A stretch of DNA of 64,000 nt, from positions 64,001 through 128,000 of the forward strand of contig CAXXXD010000003.1 of assembly GCA_963663385.2 (NCBI GenBank), read 5' to 3'. This DNA comes from Oceanispirochaeta sp. (GTDB lineage Bacteria > Spirochaetota > Spirochaetia > DSM-2461). Within the stretch, counting starts at the first letter, position 1. Every line of letters starts with the position of its first letter. The notes under the pieces were generated by a model. It was given only the letters and a program-made list of their open reading frames with translations, made no database searches and was not told the origin of the DNA. The position numbers and the translations under genes are program-made. Below, one piece after another: positions 29,638-40,368 of this stretch.

Positions 29638-32121
29638 ATGGAAATTTTGCAACTTGATATAAAGGGCATGACCTGTGCATCCTGCGTGGCGCATGTAGAA
29701 AAAGGTATAAAAAAGCTTGAAGGGATCGATATGGCATCGGTTAACCTTGCCACAGAAAAAGCTACGATCAGTTACGACCCCGATAATGTGGAGGCGGCTG
29801 CTATTATCCGGGCTGTTATGGATGCTGGGTACAGGGCTGCTGAAGCTGCAGACATTCCTGCTGATGAGGCCGAGGTTGAGAGGAAACAGGGTGAAAGGCG
29901 ATTGAAATACAAAATAACCCTTTCGGGCTTTTTGAGTGCGCCATTGCTGCTGGCAATGTTTGCTGCGATATTTCGTATAGATGCCCTTATGTTCCTGCAT
30001 AATCCCCTGCTTCAGCTTGCATTGGCTACCCCGGTACAGTTTTATGTGGGGCGTCAGTTTTACCTGACAGCATGGAAAACCCTTAAGGCAGGAAATCCGG
30101 GGATGGATCTGCTGGTTGTTATGGGAACTTCTTCAGCCTATTTTTTCAGTATTTTTAACGGTTTCTTTGCTTCATCCAGAGGAATTGAAAGTACGGGGCT
30201 TTATTTTGAAGCTTCCGCCATTATTATAACCCTGGTTCTTCTGGGAAAATTCCTGGAGGCCAGGGCAAAGGGAAAAACTTCACAGGCAATCCGCAAGCTG
30301 ATGGATCTGCAGCCGAAATATACGAGAGTCGAGAGGGACGGAGGTGCTATACAGGTTCCTGTAAGCGATGTACAGCCGGGGGATATTATCCTTGTCAGAC
30401 CGGGAGAGCGGATTCCCGTGGATGGTGAAATCCTGAGCGGTCATACCTCTGTGGATGAAAGCATGATCACCGGAGAGAGCATGCCCGTTGAAAAAAGGGA
30501 AGGAGATTCCGTTGTCAGCGGTACTATCAACTCCTATGGTTCAATCCGCTACAGAGCGGTCCATACCGGTAAGGATTCTGTTCTGGCCAGGATTATTGCC
30601 GTAGTGGAAGCGGCTCATGGGTCCAAGGCTCCCATTCAGAAACTGGCGGATAAGGTTGCTTCCGTTTTTGTTCCAACCGTACTGGGGATTGCCCTGGCGG
30701 TCTTCCTGATCTGGTGGCTCGCTGCGGGATCGTTTTCCAGCGCTGTTGTGGCAGCCGTTGCGGTTCTTGTCATCGCCTGTCCCTGTGCGCTGGGCCTGGC
30801 TACGCCTACGGCTATAATGGTTGGTACAGGTATGGGTGCGCAGCGGGGCATTCTTATTAAAAACGGAGAAGTACTGCAGCTGGCGGGTAAACTGGATGCT
30901 GTTGTTCTGGATAAGACCGGGACTATAACCCAGGGGCGTCCCGAGCTGCAGAAAATTATCCCCGTAGTAAGGGGAGGGACGGAGGTCGTACTATCCGAGG
31001 AAGAGCTGCTCATCACTGCCGCATCTCTGGAACAGAACTCCGAACATCCCCTGGCAATGGCAATTGTTGATACGGCAGAGGACAGAGGCCTGGATCTGAA
31101 GAATTGCAGTGATTTCTCAGCAGTTCCCGGTAAGGGTATCAGGGGTAACATTGAAGGGAACTCCTATCTGATGGGGACGGAGGTTCTGATAACATCAGCC
31201 GGTATAACCATTGAGCCCATACTGGATGAAAAGAGAAAGCTGGAGGAAGAAGGGTATACGGTTATGATTCTGGCTTCCAATGAATCTGGTGATTTCCGGA
31301 TCTCGGGGCTGTTCGCTGTGGCAGACCGCATCAAGGAGAGTTCTGCTGCCGGAGTGGCTGCCCTGAAGGAGATGGGCCTTAAGGTTTATATGATTACGGG
31401 GGATAACGCAAGAACCGCCCGTGCTATAGCCGGTAAAGCCGGAATAGAGAATATCCTCTCGGATGTTCTTCCTGAAGGAAAGGCAGAGGAAATCCGGAGG
31501 ATGCAGAAAAAGGGACTGACTGTGGCTATGGTTGGGGACGGGATTAACGATGCGCCTGCCCTGGCTCTGGCTGATGTGGGGGTAGCCATGGGGCAGGGGA
31601 CGGATATTGCCATGGAAACGGCGGATATCACCCTGATGAGAGGGGATCTGAGAGAGATTGCTGCAGCTATTCAGCTCTCCCGCAAAACCATGCAGAAAAT
31701 CCGGCAGAATCTGTTCTGGGCTTTTTTCTATAACAGTATCGGTATTCCCTTTGCCGCGTCGGGGCTGCTGAACCCGGTTATTGCCGGAGCTGCCATGGCT
31801 TTCAGTTCTGTTTCGGTTGTTTCAAACTCTCTCAGTTTAAAGAAATTCAGATTTATGGCGGATCATGGAACCGGCAGAGAAAACCGGGAATCAGAAAAAG
31901 ACAATAAGGTGGATAATATGGAAAGGATTATTACAGTGGAAGGTATGAGCTGCAATCACTGTAAAATGAGCGTGGAGAAGGCGGCGTCTGCTGTGGCAGG
32001 TGTGGAGAAGGCGGTTGTAAATCTTGAGAAAAAGGAACTTTATATAAAGATAGGGGATGGCAGCCGGGTTATTGAAGAAGTAAAAGCTGCCGTTACCGAA
32101 GCCGGATTCAGGGTTCTTTAG
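29638..32121 (+). CDS. copA: Cu(+)-exporting P1B-type ATPase with N- and C-terminal HMA domains
   Basis: [37 protein letters not shown]-terminal GMSCNHC. Confidence 0.95.
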   Translation: MEILQLDIKGMTCASCVAHVEKGIKKLEGIDMASVNLATEKATISYDPDNVEAAAIIRAVMDAGYRAAEAADIPADEAEVERKQGERRLKYKITLSGFLSAPLLLAMFAAIFRIDALMFLHNPLLQLALATPVQFYVGRQFYLTAWKTLKAGNPGMDLLVVMGTSSAYFFSIFNGFFASSRGIESTGLYFEASAIIITLVLLGKFLEARAKGKTSQAIRKLMDLQPKYTRVERDGGAIQVPVSDVQPGDIILVRPGERIPVDGEILSGHTSVDESMITGESMPVEKREGDSVVSGTINSYGSIRYRAVHTGKDSVLARIIAVVEAAHGSKAPIQKLADKVASVFVPTVLGIALAVFLIWWLAAGSFSSAVVAAVAVLVIACPCALGLATPTAIMVGTGMGAQRGILIKNGEVLQLAGKLDAVVLDKTGTITQGRPELQKIIPVVRGGTEVVLSEEELLITAASLEQNSEHPLAMAIVDTAEDRGLDLKNCSDFSAVPGKGIRGNIEGNSYLMGTEVLITSAGITIEPILDEKRKLEEEGYTVMILASNESGDFRISGLFAVADRIKESSAAGVAALKEMGLKVYMITGDNARTARAIAGKAGIENILSDVLPEGKAEEIRRMQKKGLTVAMVGDGINDAPALALADVGVAMGQGTDIAMETADITLMRGDLREIAAAIQLSRKTMQKIRQNLFWAFFYNSIGIPFAASGLLNPVIAGAAMAFSSVSVVSNSLSLKKFRFMADHGTGRENRESEKDNKVDNMERIITVEGMSCNHCKMSVEKAASAVAGVEKAVVNLEKKELYIKIGDGSRVIEEVKAAVTEAGFRVL

Positions 32122-32279
32122 TATTTTGTGTTCACCCCTTTTCCCTTTAAGGTGATTAAGTTTAATTATCCTGCACTCTGAAGATTGTGCAGGATTCATC
32201 ATGTTAAGTATGAGGAATGCAGTATTACGGGACAGTCAGGGCACTGAAACGGCATAAGACCGCAATTCTGAAATATTTC

Positions 32280-32325
32280 TTGACAACTTATTAAACAAGA
32301 TTTAATATCATGATAAATAAGTTGT
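32280..32325 (+). promoter_or_regulatory. Sigma70 promoter and overlapping operators of the sugar operon
   Basis: TTGACA-17-TAATAT; palindromes TATTAAA-N5-TTTAATA (32289-32307) and ACAACTTATT-N23-AATAAGTTGT (32283-32325). Confidence 0.65.
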
Positions 32326-32335
32326 GTGAGTATGT

Positions 32336-33235
32336 ATGAATATTGTTGGTATTGATATTGGCGGGACGAAGATAGCCTTCGGTTTAATTCAGGATGGCTG
32401 TTTAAAAAAACAGAGCAGGATTAATACAGATCCCGCCGGATCCTTTCAGGAAAAGATGCGCGAATTATCCCGGGGCATTATTGAGATTACAGAAGGCCTT
32501 ATCATAGACGGAATAGGGATCGGTTGTGCCGGCCCTCTGGATCCGTTGAAAGGAACTATAGAAAACCCCTATACACTGCCGGCGTGGCAGGGGGCGAATC
32601 CTGTAGCGTTCTTCAGGAAGAAATTCTCCGTTCCTGTTCTACTGGATAATGATGTCAATGCCGCATTGGCAGGGATTGCCCACTTTGAATATCCGGATTT
32701 GAAAAACGCGGTAATGCTGACATTCGGGACAGGAATAGGCGGCGCTGTTCTGATAGACGGGGAACTTTTCCGTATAGGTGCCAAACGTCATCCCGAGTTG
32801 GGTCACATCCCTGCCGGACAGGGGGAGATGAGCTGCTATTGCGGTATCAGCGGCTGTCTCGAAAGCCAGGTTTCGGGTAAACGCTTTTCCCGAATGGTTG
32901 AGGAAGAGGGGTATCGGGGGCTGGACGATTATTATGAGCTTCTGGAAAGGGGAGATAAAAAGGCTCTGAATCTGGCGGAACATGTTGCTGCCATTATCGA
33001 TCAGGGGCTGATGACATACAAGATAATATTTGAACCTGATGCCTTTGTTCTGGGTGGTGGATTTATGGACAGATTTTTCCCCTGGTACGTGAAGCTGCAT
33101 AATCCGTCTGTTACTTTTTCTGAATTCTACAGGAACAGGATAAATCTGATCAGGTCTGAAATAAATGGTGATATAGCTGTTCTGGGCGCAGCTGCCCTGA
33201 TGGAATCGCAATTACTTAAACAAAAAGGAAACTGA
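32336..33235 (+). CDS. ROK-family sugar kinase
   Basis: GIDIGGTK, DNDVNAA, GTGIGG, ELGH..CYCG..GCLE. Confidence 0.9.
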   Translation: MNIVGIDIGGTKIAFGLIQDGCLKKQSRINTDPAGSFQEKMRELSRGIIEITEGLIIDGIGIGCAGPLDPLKGTIENPYTLPAWQGANPVAFFRKKFSVPVLLDNDVNAALAGIAHFEYPDLKNAVMLTFGTGIGGAVLIDGELFRIGAKRHPELGHIPAGQGEMSCYCGISGCLESQVSGKRFSRMVEEEGYRGLDDYYELLERGDKKALNLAEHVAAIIDQGLMTYKIIFEPDAFVLGGGFMDRFFPWYVKLHNPSVTFSEFYRNRINLIRSEINGDIAVLGAAALMESQLLKQKGN

Positions 33236-33236
33236 A

Positions 33237-33998
33237 ATGAATAGAGAAATCCAGCTGGGAACAATTAAATTCTGCCTGGCAGATGATTATGATGAAATGA
33301 GCAGGAGTGCGGCACAGATTCTTATCGAACAGGTCAACCGCAGAGCGGATTCTCTGCTCACTATAGCGACCGGTTCGACTCCCGAAGGTCTGTACAGGCA
33401 TTTCTGCCGCAGAGTCCGGGAAGAGAAGCTGAATATTGAGACTCTCCGTTTTCATAAACTGGATGAGTGGGCCGCTCTGAAAAAAGGAGATCCCGCCAGC
33501 TGCGATAGTTTTATCCGGGAGTTCCTGATTGATCCCCTCCATATTCCTGAGGACAGGTACTGGGGGGTAAACAGCGAGGCTGAAGATCCTGAAGGAGAAT
33601 GTATGCGTATTGCAGAACGGCTGCAGCGTGAAGGACCTTCGGATCTTTGCATTTTAGGTCTAGGGGCAAACGGTCATCTGGGTTTGAATGAACCGGATAC
33701 TTTTCTGTCTCCCTATACGCATATGATTGATTTAAGTGAGCAATCCAAATCTCATACCATGCTGAGTAGTGCTGAGTCGAAGGTTTCCCGCGGAATGACC
33801 ACAGGGATGGCTGAAATCCTACAGGCCGGGCAGATCCTGTTTCTTGTCAGCGGTGAACATAAATCCGGGCAATTCAAAAGGTTCATGTCCGGAAAGGTCA
33901 GCACGGAATTCCCGGCATCATTCCTGTGGCTTCATCCCCATGTAACATGTGTCTGCGATAGGGCTGCCGCATCATTGGTGGAGTGGGAGACCTGTTGA
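33237..33998 (+). CDS. NagB/AgaI-like hexosamine-6-phosphate isomerase/deaminase
   Basis: ATGSTP, LDEW, ILGLGANGHLGLNEP, PASFLWLH. Confidence 0.85.
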   Translation: MNREIQLGTIKFCLADDYDEMSRSAAQILIEQVNRRADSLLTIATGSTPEGLYRHFCRRVREEKLNIETLRFHKLDEWAALKKGDPASCDSFIREFLIDPLHIPEDRYWGVNSEAEDPEGECMRIAERLQREGPSDLCILGLGANGHLGLNEPDTFLSPYTHMIDLSEQSKSHTMLSSAESKVSRGMTTGMAEILQAGQILFLVSGEHKSGQFKRFMSGKVSTEFPASFLWLHPHVTCVCDRAAASLVEWETC

Positions 33999-34489
33999 AT
34001 GCGTAAGGTTCAAAATCAGAAAGAGATGAAATTGAATAATCTCGTCAATATTCTTGATTACCTTAAAAAAAACGATATTGCGGTTAAATCGGTTCTGGCC
34101 AGGGAACTGGGGCTGAGTGTAGTAACCATTACCAGGATCTGTGATGATCTGGCAGAGGCCGGGATCCTTGAGTACACCGGGGAGAGAGAGTCGACGGGTG
34201 GACGTAAACCTGTAGGGGTTTGTCTGATTCCAGATTCCAGAGTGATAATCGCTCTGGATCTGAGTGAAAAGGATCAGGCATATCTCGGGGTTATGAACAT
34301 GGCTTATGAAGAAGTCGCTTCGGAGGTTGTCCGGATTTCGGACAGATGGAATCTGAATGATTTTCTGCAGGCCCTTAAAGGGAAATTGGAGGCATTGCAG
34401 GAACTGCAGATGACCGTAATCTTGTTATTATCGGCTGTTGCGAACAGTTCTATCAGTACTGGATTAAAGAGGATCAGATTATTCAGTAA
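33999..34489 (+). pseudogene. ROK-family repressor with internal deletion and frameshift
   Basis: HTH plus STGGRKP plus first ROK strands, then the frame degenerates near 34405; another frame reads ADDRNLVIIGCCEQF..IQ-stop(34489), resembling a ROK C-terminus. Confidence 0.65.
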
Positions 34490-34531
34490 TTATTTTATCA
34501 GATTGGTTTCTGATAAATTAAGGAGGATTAT

Positions 34532-35770
34532 ATGTTAAGAAAAATGTGTTTACCCGTAATGATGGTATTGCTGGTAAGTGGAACTCTATTTGCCGGCGGG
34601 CAGAAAGAAGCAGCCGATGGACAGGTTAAACTGACTGTTCTGGCGCCCTGGGCAGATCAGGAGCTGGAATCGTTTATGCCGGTTCTTACGGCATATGAAG
34701 AGGCTAATCCGGGAGTGACAATTGAGTACAGAACTGGTAAACCGGAAGATACGGCTACCATTCTGGCCGGACAGTTCGCCGTTAAACGGACTCCGGCTGA
34801 TCTGATTGATACATCTTTTTCCTGGTATATCCGGGAACAGGGTGAAAAGGGGCATCTGATGGATGTCTCAGGGCTTGTTTCCGATGCAGATTTTCTTCCC
34901 GGTGCACTGGATATGGTAAAAGTCAGCGGTGTTCCCTATGGGGCTCCCAGTGTGGGCGGTGTTACAATTACTGAGTACCGTAAGTCTTTCTTCAGGGAGA
35001 AGAATCTTCCCGATCCTGCTTCCCTCGGCAGCTGGGATGAGTACCTGGCATTACTGGATAAAATCCAGCTTATTCCGGGAGTAGACGGTGCCATAGGCAG
35101 CGGCGGTGGTGTAGGCTGGACATTCACCAGCATTATTGAAACCTATATTATTACTTTCGGCGGGGTGGAAATGCACAAGGCTCTGACCGAAGGGACGATG
35201 AAGTGGACCGATCCTTCAGTGCGGAATATTTTTGTGGAAAGACTTCTGCCCATGCTGCAGAAGGGATATTTCGGTGAACCCGATGAATTCGATGCTGTTC
35301 TGAAAGCCATGTGGAATGGCAAGCACGGGATGTATGTGGGGGACAGTACGGATAACCTTATGCTGTCACCTGCCGAAGACCGGGGTGTTTTCCTTCTTCC
35401 CGGACAGAAAGGCACAATACTATGGAACGATTTCTGGTTCGCCCCTAAATATTCTGAAAATCCTGAAGAAGCACAGAAGCTGTTCACGTTCCTGGCAACG
35501 GAAGGGCAGGTCATGCAGATCAAGGGCGGAGGGCGAATAGCTACTTATGCCAAAGTACCTGTGGATGCTTACCCTGCTTCTGAAAGGGAAGTTTTCTCCG
35601 TAATCCGGAATGCAGCCGTACGGCCCGATATGGATGATACGATTGGTGGGAAATTTCAGTCTGTTATCTGGGACCAGCTCGGGCTTATCTGGTCAAAACC
35701 GGATGTAACGACTCTTGATAGAGTTCTTGATGAGATACAGAAAGCCTCTGATGATACTTTAGATAAATAA
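34532..35770 (+). CDS. Sugar ABC transporter substrate-binding protein
   Basis: Signal peptide ending LFAGGQKE, 412 aa, upstream of two CUT1 permeases. Confidence 0.88.
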   Translation: MLRKMCLPVMMVLLVSGTLFAGGQKEAADGQVKLTVLAPWADQELESFMPVLTAYEEANPGVTIEYRTGKPEDTATILAGQFAVKRTPADLIDTSFSWYIREQGEKGHLMDVSGLVSDADFLPGALDMVKVSGVPYGAPSVGGVTITEYRKSFFREKNLPDPASLGSWDEYLALLDKIQLIPGVDGAIGSGGGVGWTFTSIIETYIITFGGVEMHKALTEGTMKWTDPSVRNIFVERLLPMLQKGYFGEPDEFDAVLKAMWNGKHGMYVGDSTDNLMLSPAEDRGVFLLPGQKGTILWNDFWFAPKYSENPEEAQKLFTFLATEGQVMQIKGGGRIATYAKVPVDAYPASEREVFSVIRNAAVRPDMDDTIGGKFQSVIWDQLGLIWSKPDVTTLDRVLDEIQKASDDTLDK

Positions 35771-35821
35771 AAGTATAGCCGGGCTGATAAAACAGCCCGG
35801 GATTCTATACAGGTGGTAATT

Positions 35822-36700
35822 ATGAAAAAAAGAATTTCAAGGGATACGGTTATTCTGATAGCGCCCTCATTGATCCTGGTTGCGGTATTCCTTGTATATC
35901 CCATGTTCAGCAGTATCGGTATGAGTTTTTTTTCCGATTCCAATGAGTTTGCAGGACTTAAAAATTATATTGATGTATTTCAGGACAGCCGGATAATCAA
36001 TTTGAGAGGTTTTATTGATGGGCCTCCCTTCGGGGCTCTGATTCATAATCTGATCTGGATTGTGATACATCTTCCCATGACCATTTTTCTCGGGCTGATT
36101 TTTGCCCTTTTATTCCGGAACATTCCCGGCGGCGGAATTATCCAGTCTATTATCTTTATGGGTATGGTCGTACCTATGGTTATAGGCGGTGTAATTGTTC
36201 GCTTCATGTTTTCAAAAAACGCCGGAATGATCAGTCATTTCATGGGATTTCTGGGGATCGATTTATTGAACACTACCTGGATTGCTCACCCGGGGACTGC
36301 CCTGATTGCTCTGATTCTGATAAGTGTCTGGTTATGGACAGGATACTGTATGATTGTGTACCTGGCAGCCCTTACAACTATACCTGTTTCCTATTATGAA
36401 GCGGCCCGGATAGACGGCGCAAACAAATGGCAGCAGTTTAAAAACATTACATTTCCCATGCTTATGTCGGCAACGGGTGTCATTATCGTTATGACTATCC
36501 TGTGGGAACTGAAACTGTTTGATCTGGTATATGCCTCCACCGGCGGCGGCCCGGGAGGAGCAACAAATGTAATGGCTCTGGAAATGTACTTGACATCATT
36601 CAAGTTTCTCGAATATGGAAAAGGAACAGCTATTGCTACTATTTTAACTCTCATAACAGCTGTTCCCATAGCATTTTCTGTCAGAAAGGGACTGGATTGA
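35822..36700 (+). CDS. Carbohydrate ABC transporter permease
   Basis: YEAARIDGANKWQQFKNITFPML EAA loop; FDLVY..TGGGPG. Confidence 0.92.
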   Translation: MKKRISRDTVILIAPSLILVAVFLVYPMFSSIGMSFFSDSNEFAGLKNYIDVFQDSRIINLRGFIDGPPFGALIHNLIWIVIHLPMTIFLGLIFALLFRNIPGGGIIQSIIFMGMVVPMVIGGVIVRFMFSKNAGMISHFMGFLGIDLLNTTWIAHPGTALIALILISVWLWTGYCMIVYLAALTTIPVSYYEAARIDGANKWQQFKNITFPMLMSATGVIIVMTILWELKLFDLVYASTGGGPGGATNVMALEMYLTSFKFLEYGKGTAIATILTLITAVPIAFSVRKGLD

Positions 36701-37551
36701 TGAGAGGTTTCAGATTAAAAAAGAATAAAGCCCTGAAAGGATTCAACACCCTATTCTGCTGGTTTCTCGGATTTGTCTGGGTTCTGCCATTTCTGGGACT
36801 GGTTATGGCATCTGTCAGACCGGGAGAGGAGCTGATTAATGGATGGTGGGTCCTGGATCAATTTTCCTTTTCACTGAAGAACTATTTTGATGTGCTGTTT
36901 ACGGCCTCTATTCCTTTAGCCAGGCCGATGCTGAATTCGCTGATTATATCCTTACTGGGAAGTATAATTCCGATTTTTTTCGGATTTTCTGCAGGCTATG
37001 CTTTTGCGCGGAACTATATTCCGGGGAAAAAGACTATTATGGTCATTCTGCTGAGTATCATGGCAATCCCTCTTCAGATGATATCAGTTCCCATATTCAA
37101 AATGATGAATGCCATGTATGTGCTGGACACCATCTGGAGCGTAACCATTCTGAATACAGCTACCTCCATACCATGGATTATATTTTTTATTATGAATTTT
37201 ATTATGGCCCAGCCTCTGGAAGTTGAGGAAGCTGCCAAAATAGACGGCTGCAATACCTATCAGATACTGCGCAGTATTGTACTTCCTCAAACCTGGCCGG
37301 CATTTATATCTGTATTTGTGCTTCAGTTTGTCTGGTGCTGGGTAGATTTCTTTCTGCCTCTGCTGTTTCTCTATTCGCCTGACAAGTATACGGCAGTACA
37401 GGTCATTCCCATGCTGAGAGGCCAATTCGTGACAGACTGGGGACGCCTGTCAGCAGCTTCCGTGCTGGTTACGTCAGTTCCCCTGGGAGTTTTTCTTATG
37501 CTTCAAAAATACTATATAGCCAGCTCTGTGGGCTGGGTACCGGATAAATAA
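36697..37551 (+). CDS. Carbohydrate ABC transporter permease
   Basis: EEAAKIDGCN..IVLP EAA loop; AGYAFAR. Confidence 0.92.
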   Translation: MMRGFRLKKNKALKGFNTLFCWFLGFVWVLPFLGLVMASVRPGEELINGWWVLDQFSFSLKNYFDVLFTASIPLARPMLNSLIISLLGSIIPIFFGFSAGYAFARNYIPGKKTIMVILLSIMAIPLQMISVPIFKMMNAMYVLDTIWSVTILNTATSIPWIIFFIMNFIMAQPLEVEEAAKIDGCNTYQILRSIVLPQTWPAFISVFVLQFVWCWVDFFLPLLFLYSPDKYTAVQVIPMLRGQFVTDWGRLSAASVLVTSVPLGVFLMLQKYYIASSVGWVPDK

Positions 37552-37563
37552 GGAGATAATAGA

Positions 37564-38979
37564 ATGCATAATATGATGCGTGTCTTTACAGATACAACAA
37601 TAACGGAAGAGTATTACAATGCGGTGATAGAAGGTGCTGCACGGTTACTGTCAGAGGATGGAATCGGCTGCACCTCTTCCAGGGCCAAGGTTTTTCTATC
37701 GGAGAATCTGAATGGTGTGCGTTATACGGAAGATAAGGTTTATTTTTCCAGGGAACTGATCTATACGTTTCTGGAAGAGCTAAAGCAGAACTTCAGGAAA
37801 TGTAATCCCCTGGAGAAACCTCTGGATCACGGGGAATCCTGGTCCTGTCTGAATTATTATGACGGGGAAACCGATCAGATCCGTCCCGCCAAAGAGGAGG
37901 ATCTGATAAGGATTCTCAGATTCCTTGATGCCTATGGCGTCAAGGGGAAGGTTCCGCCTGTGGCTTTGAGTGAATTCCCTGCTTCACTCCGGGATTTGCA
38001 CAGCACAAGAATCTGTCTGGAGAACTCTCCGGTATACGGGGCTCCCACCCATACTCCGGAAGCTGAAGAAGCGCAGATCTATGCCGATATGGCCCAGGTG
38101 GTCAATCGCAGGATGTGGGTGTTGGCTATGCTGGTTATCAATCCTATGAAATTTGACGACAAGGTTCTCGATTTTGTCATTGATCAAAGGTTCAATCCTC
38201 ATTTTGATATTGAAATGGTCAGCGGGCTTCCTTCGCCGGGCAGTACAAGTCCGCTGGTTTTCCCGGCGGTGCATATACAGGGCATGGCGGAGGATCTGGC
38301 CTCATCCCTGTTTATGAAAGCTTCCATGAATATCTATGAACCCGCCTACCTGCGGGGGGATCCTTTCGATATGCGATATGCCAACTATGCCATTGCCGGT
38401 CCCGAGTATATCATGCTTGATATGGCGAACAGAAAGCTCTATGAATGGATGAGCGGTTCACCCCGCTGGTGGGGGTATCTGCTGACTATGAGTAAGAAGC
38501 CGGATGTTCAGGCCGCTCATGAGAGAACAATCAGCTGCTGGCTTCAGGCTCTTAACGGCGCTACATACTTTAAGGGAAGCGGTCAGATGGCATCCGATGA
38601 GGTATACAGTATGGAGCAGGTTGTCATCGACCGTGCCATTGTCAGGAATGTGGACCGTCTCCGGACCGGATTGACCCCTAAAATGGACGTGGATGAGAGT
38701 CTGGAACTTATACGGGAGGGACTGTCCGAAGGCAATTACCTGGCCCATGACAGCACATTGTCTGAATTCCGGGATTTCTTTACGGATAACCCCCTTTTCC
38801 CGGCTTCGAATCTCGGTCAGTGGCGGGAGAAGGGAGAGCCCTCGATATTGGATAAAGCCGGTGAGGAGATCCGCAGGCAGTGTGAGAAAACCCCTTTTGC
38901 CAGGAGCAAAGAGGACATCAGGGAACTCCGGGACATCTGCCGACGCGGTGAATCGGTTATACTTAAAAACTCAAGATAG
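37564..38979 (+). CDS. MttB-superfamily (trimethylamine methyltransferase-like) protein without pyrrolysine
   Basis: GSTSPL, GPE, SKKPDVQAAHE, GQM..D..YSMEQVVID, GNYL.HDSTL and W...G C-terminal motifs; no in-frame TAG. Confidence 0.75.
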   Translation: MHNMMRVFTDTTITEEYYNAVIEGAARLLSEDGIGCTSSRAKVFLSENLNGVRYTEDKVYFSRELIYTFLEELKQNFRKCNPLEKPLDHGESWSCLNYYDGETDQIRPAKEEDLIRILRFLDAYGVKGKVPPVALSEFPASLRDLHSTRICLENSPVYGAPTHTPEAEEAQIYADMAQVVNRRMWVLAMLVINPMKFDDKVLDFVIDQRFNPHFDIEMVSGLPSPGSTSPLVFPAVHIQGMAEDLASSLFMKASMNIYEPAYLRGDPFDMRYANYAIAGPEYIMLDMANRKLYEWMSGSPRWWGYLLTMSKKPDVQAAHERTISCWLQALNGATYFKGSGQMASDEVYSMEQVVIDRAIVRNVDRLRTGLTPKMDVDESLELIREGLSEGNYLAHDSTLSEFRDFFTDNPLFPASNLGQWREKGEPSILDKAGEEIRRQCEKTPFARSKEDIRELRDICRRGESVILKNSR

Positions 38980-38991
38980 AGGAAATGCATA

Positions 38992-40362
38992 ATGGATAAA
39001 CTGAAAATTATTATCATCGGAGCGGGGAGCCGCGAATTCAGCAGGGGACTGATCCATGATCTTTTTCTGGAAGAGGATCTGTTTAAGGGTAGAGAAGTTA
39101 CCCTGGGACTATGTGATATTGATGAGGATGCTCTCAAAGTAATGACGGGTTATGCCGAAAGGGTTAACGCATTGTTCCGGAATCCCCTCAAAATAGAATC
39201 CTCAATCGACAGGACAAAAGTTTTGGAAGGGGCGGATTATGTTCTTGTTGCCGTTGAACAGAGCAGGATGGATCTGTGGGAACAGGATTTCAGGGTTCCC
39301 CAGGCATTCGGTTTCAAACAGGTCTATGGGGAAAACGGGGGACCGGGGGCCCTGTTTCATACCCTGAGGAACTATAACATCTATTTTCCCATCCTTGAGG
39401 ACATAGAGAAGATCTGTCCGGATGCATTGATCATCAATTTCACCAATCCCGAAGCCCGTATCCTTACGGCGATACTGAGGCACACTAAACTGAAAGCCAT
39501 CGGTCTGTGCCACGGTTTTTACGATTTTTATAACTTCATAGCAAAGGTTTTCGACCGCCCCTATGAAGAGTTTGATATCCGTACGGCCGGTATGAACCAT
39601 CTCTTTACTTTTTATAGAATTGAAGAGAAGGGCAGCGGCCGGGATATGATTCCCCTGCTGAAGCAAAAGCTGAAGGAGCAGCCCGAGCTGCTGCCCCCTC
39701 TGTCTCGTTATGTCTGGGAAAACTTCGGAGTGATCGGTATTGATTCGGATCATCATATAGGTGAGTATTTTTCCTATGCCCATGATTTTACGGGATTGCA
39801 GTGGGAGTTCGGTATTGAGAAACGCAGGATACTGCAGGATAAAAGATTTGTTGATTCCAACGTTGCCTTTCAGGCCTGGCGTTACAATGTGGATGTGGCG
39901 GAATATCTTGACGGTTCCTATGGCAGAAAGATTAACGATCAGCTGGAAGGCCGGGCAGAGCTGTCTCCGGGTGATATTGTTTCTTCCGGTGAACTGGCTG
40001 TGCCTGTTATTGCCGATATCGTTCTGGACAGAAAACGCTGGCGGGCAGCGGTTAATGTACTGAATACGGACGGGTATATTGTGAATCTGGATTCTGATGC
40101 CTGTATTGAAGTGCCGGCTGTAGTGGATAAGGAGGGAGTCCACCCGGAAAGAATCGGATCTCTGGATGAAGGACTGGCCGCTCAGATCAGACTTCAGAAC
40201 TCCATACAGAAAATCATATCCGATGCCTGGATGACAAAATCGAGAAAGCTGCTGCTCCAGGCCCTGCTGCTTGATCCTGTTGTGGACTCAGCTGTTAATG
40301 CAGAGAAAATGCTGGACTATATGCTGGATCTTCAGAAGGATTACATCCCCGAATTCAACTGA
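38992..40362 (+). CDS. Family 4 glycoside hydrolase (NAD+/Mn2+-dependent, alpha-galactosidase/glucosidase-like)
   Basis: IIGAGS, GENGGPG, INFTNP, GLCHG, AGMNH, ALLLDP. Confidence 0.92.
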   Translation: MDKLKIIIIGAGSREFSRGLIHDLFLEEDLFKGREVTLGLCDIDEDALKVMTGYAERVNALFRNPLKIESSIDRTKVLEGADYVLVAVEQSRMDLWEQDFRVPQAFGFKQVYGENGGPGALFHTLRNYNIYFPILEDIEKICPDALIINFTNPEARILTAILRHTKLKAIGLCHGFYDFYNFIAKVFDRPYEEFDIRTAGMNHLFTFYRIEEKGSGRDMIPLLKQKLKEQPELLPPLSRYVWENFGVIGIDSDHHIGEYFSYAHDFTGLQWEFGIEKRRILQDKRFVDSNVAFQAWRYNVDVAEYLDGSYGRKINDQLEGRAELSPGDIVSSGELAVPVIADIVLDRKRWRAAVNVLNTDGYIVNLDSDACIEVPAVVDKEGVHPERIGSLDEGLAAQIRLQNSIQKIISDAWMTKSRKLLLQALLLDPVVDSAVNAEKMLDYMLDLQKDYIPEFN

Positions 40363-40368
40363 TTGAAA

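Noticed and set aside
37564..38979. Pyrrolysine recoding in the MttB homologue
   Set aside because: The ORF is uninterrupted, with no in-frame amber codon
39202..40143. 313-aa antisense ORF over the GH4 gene
   Set aside because: Shadow ORF
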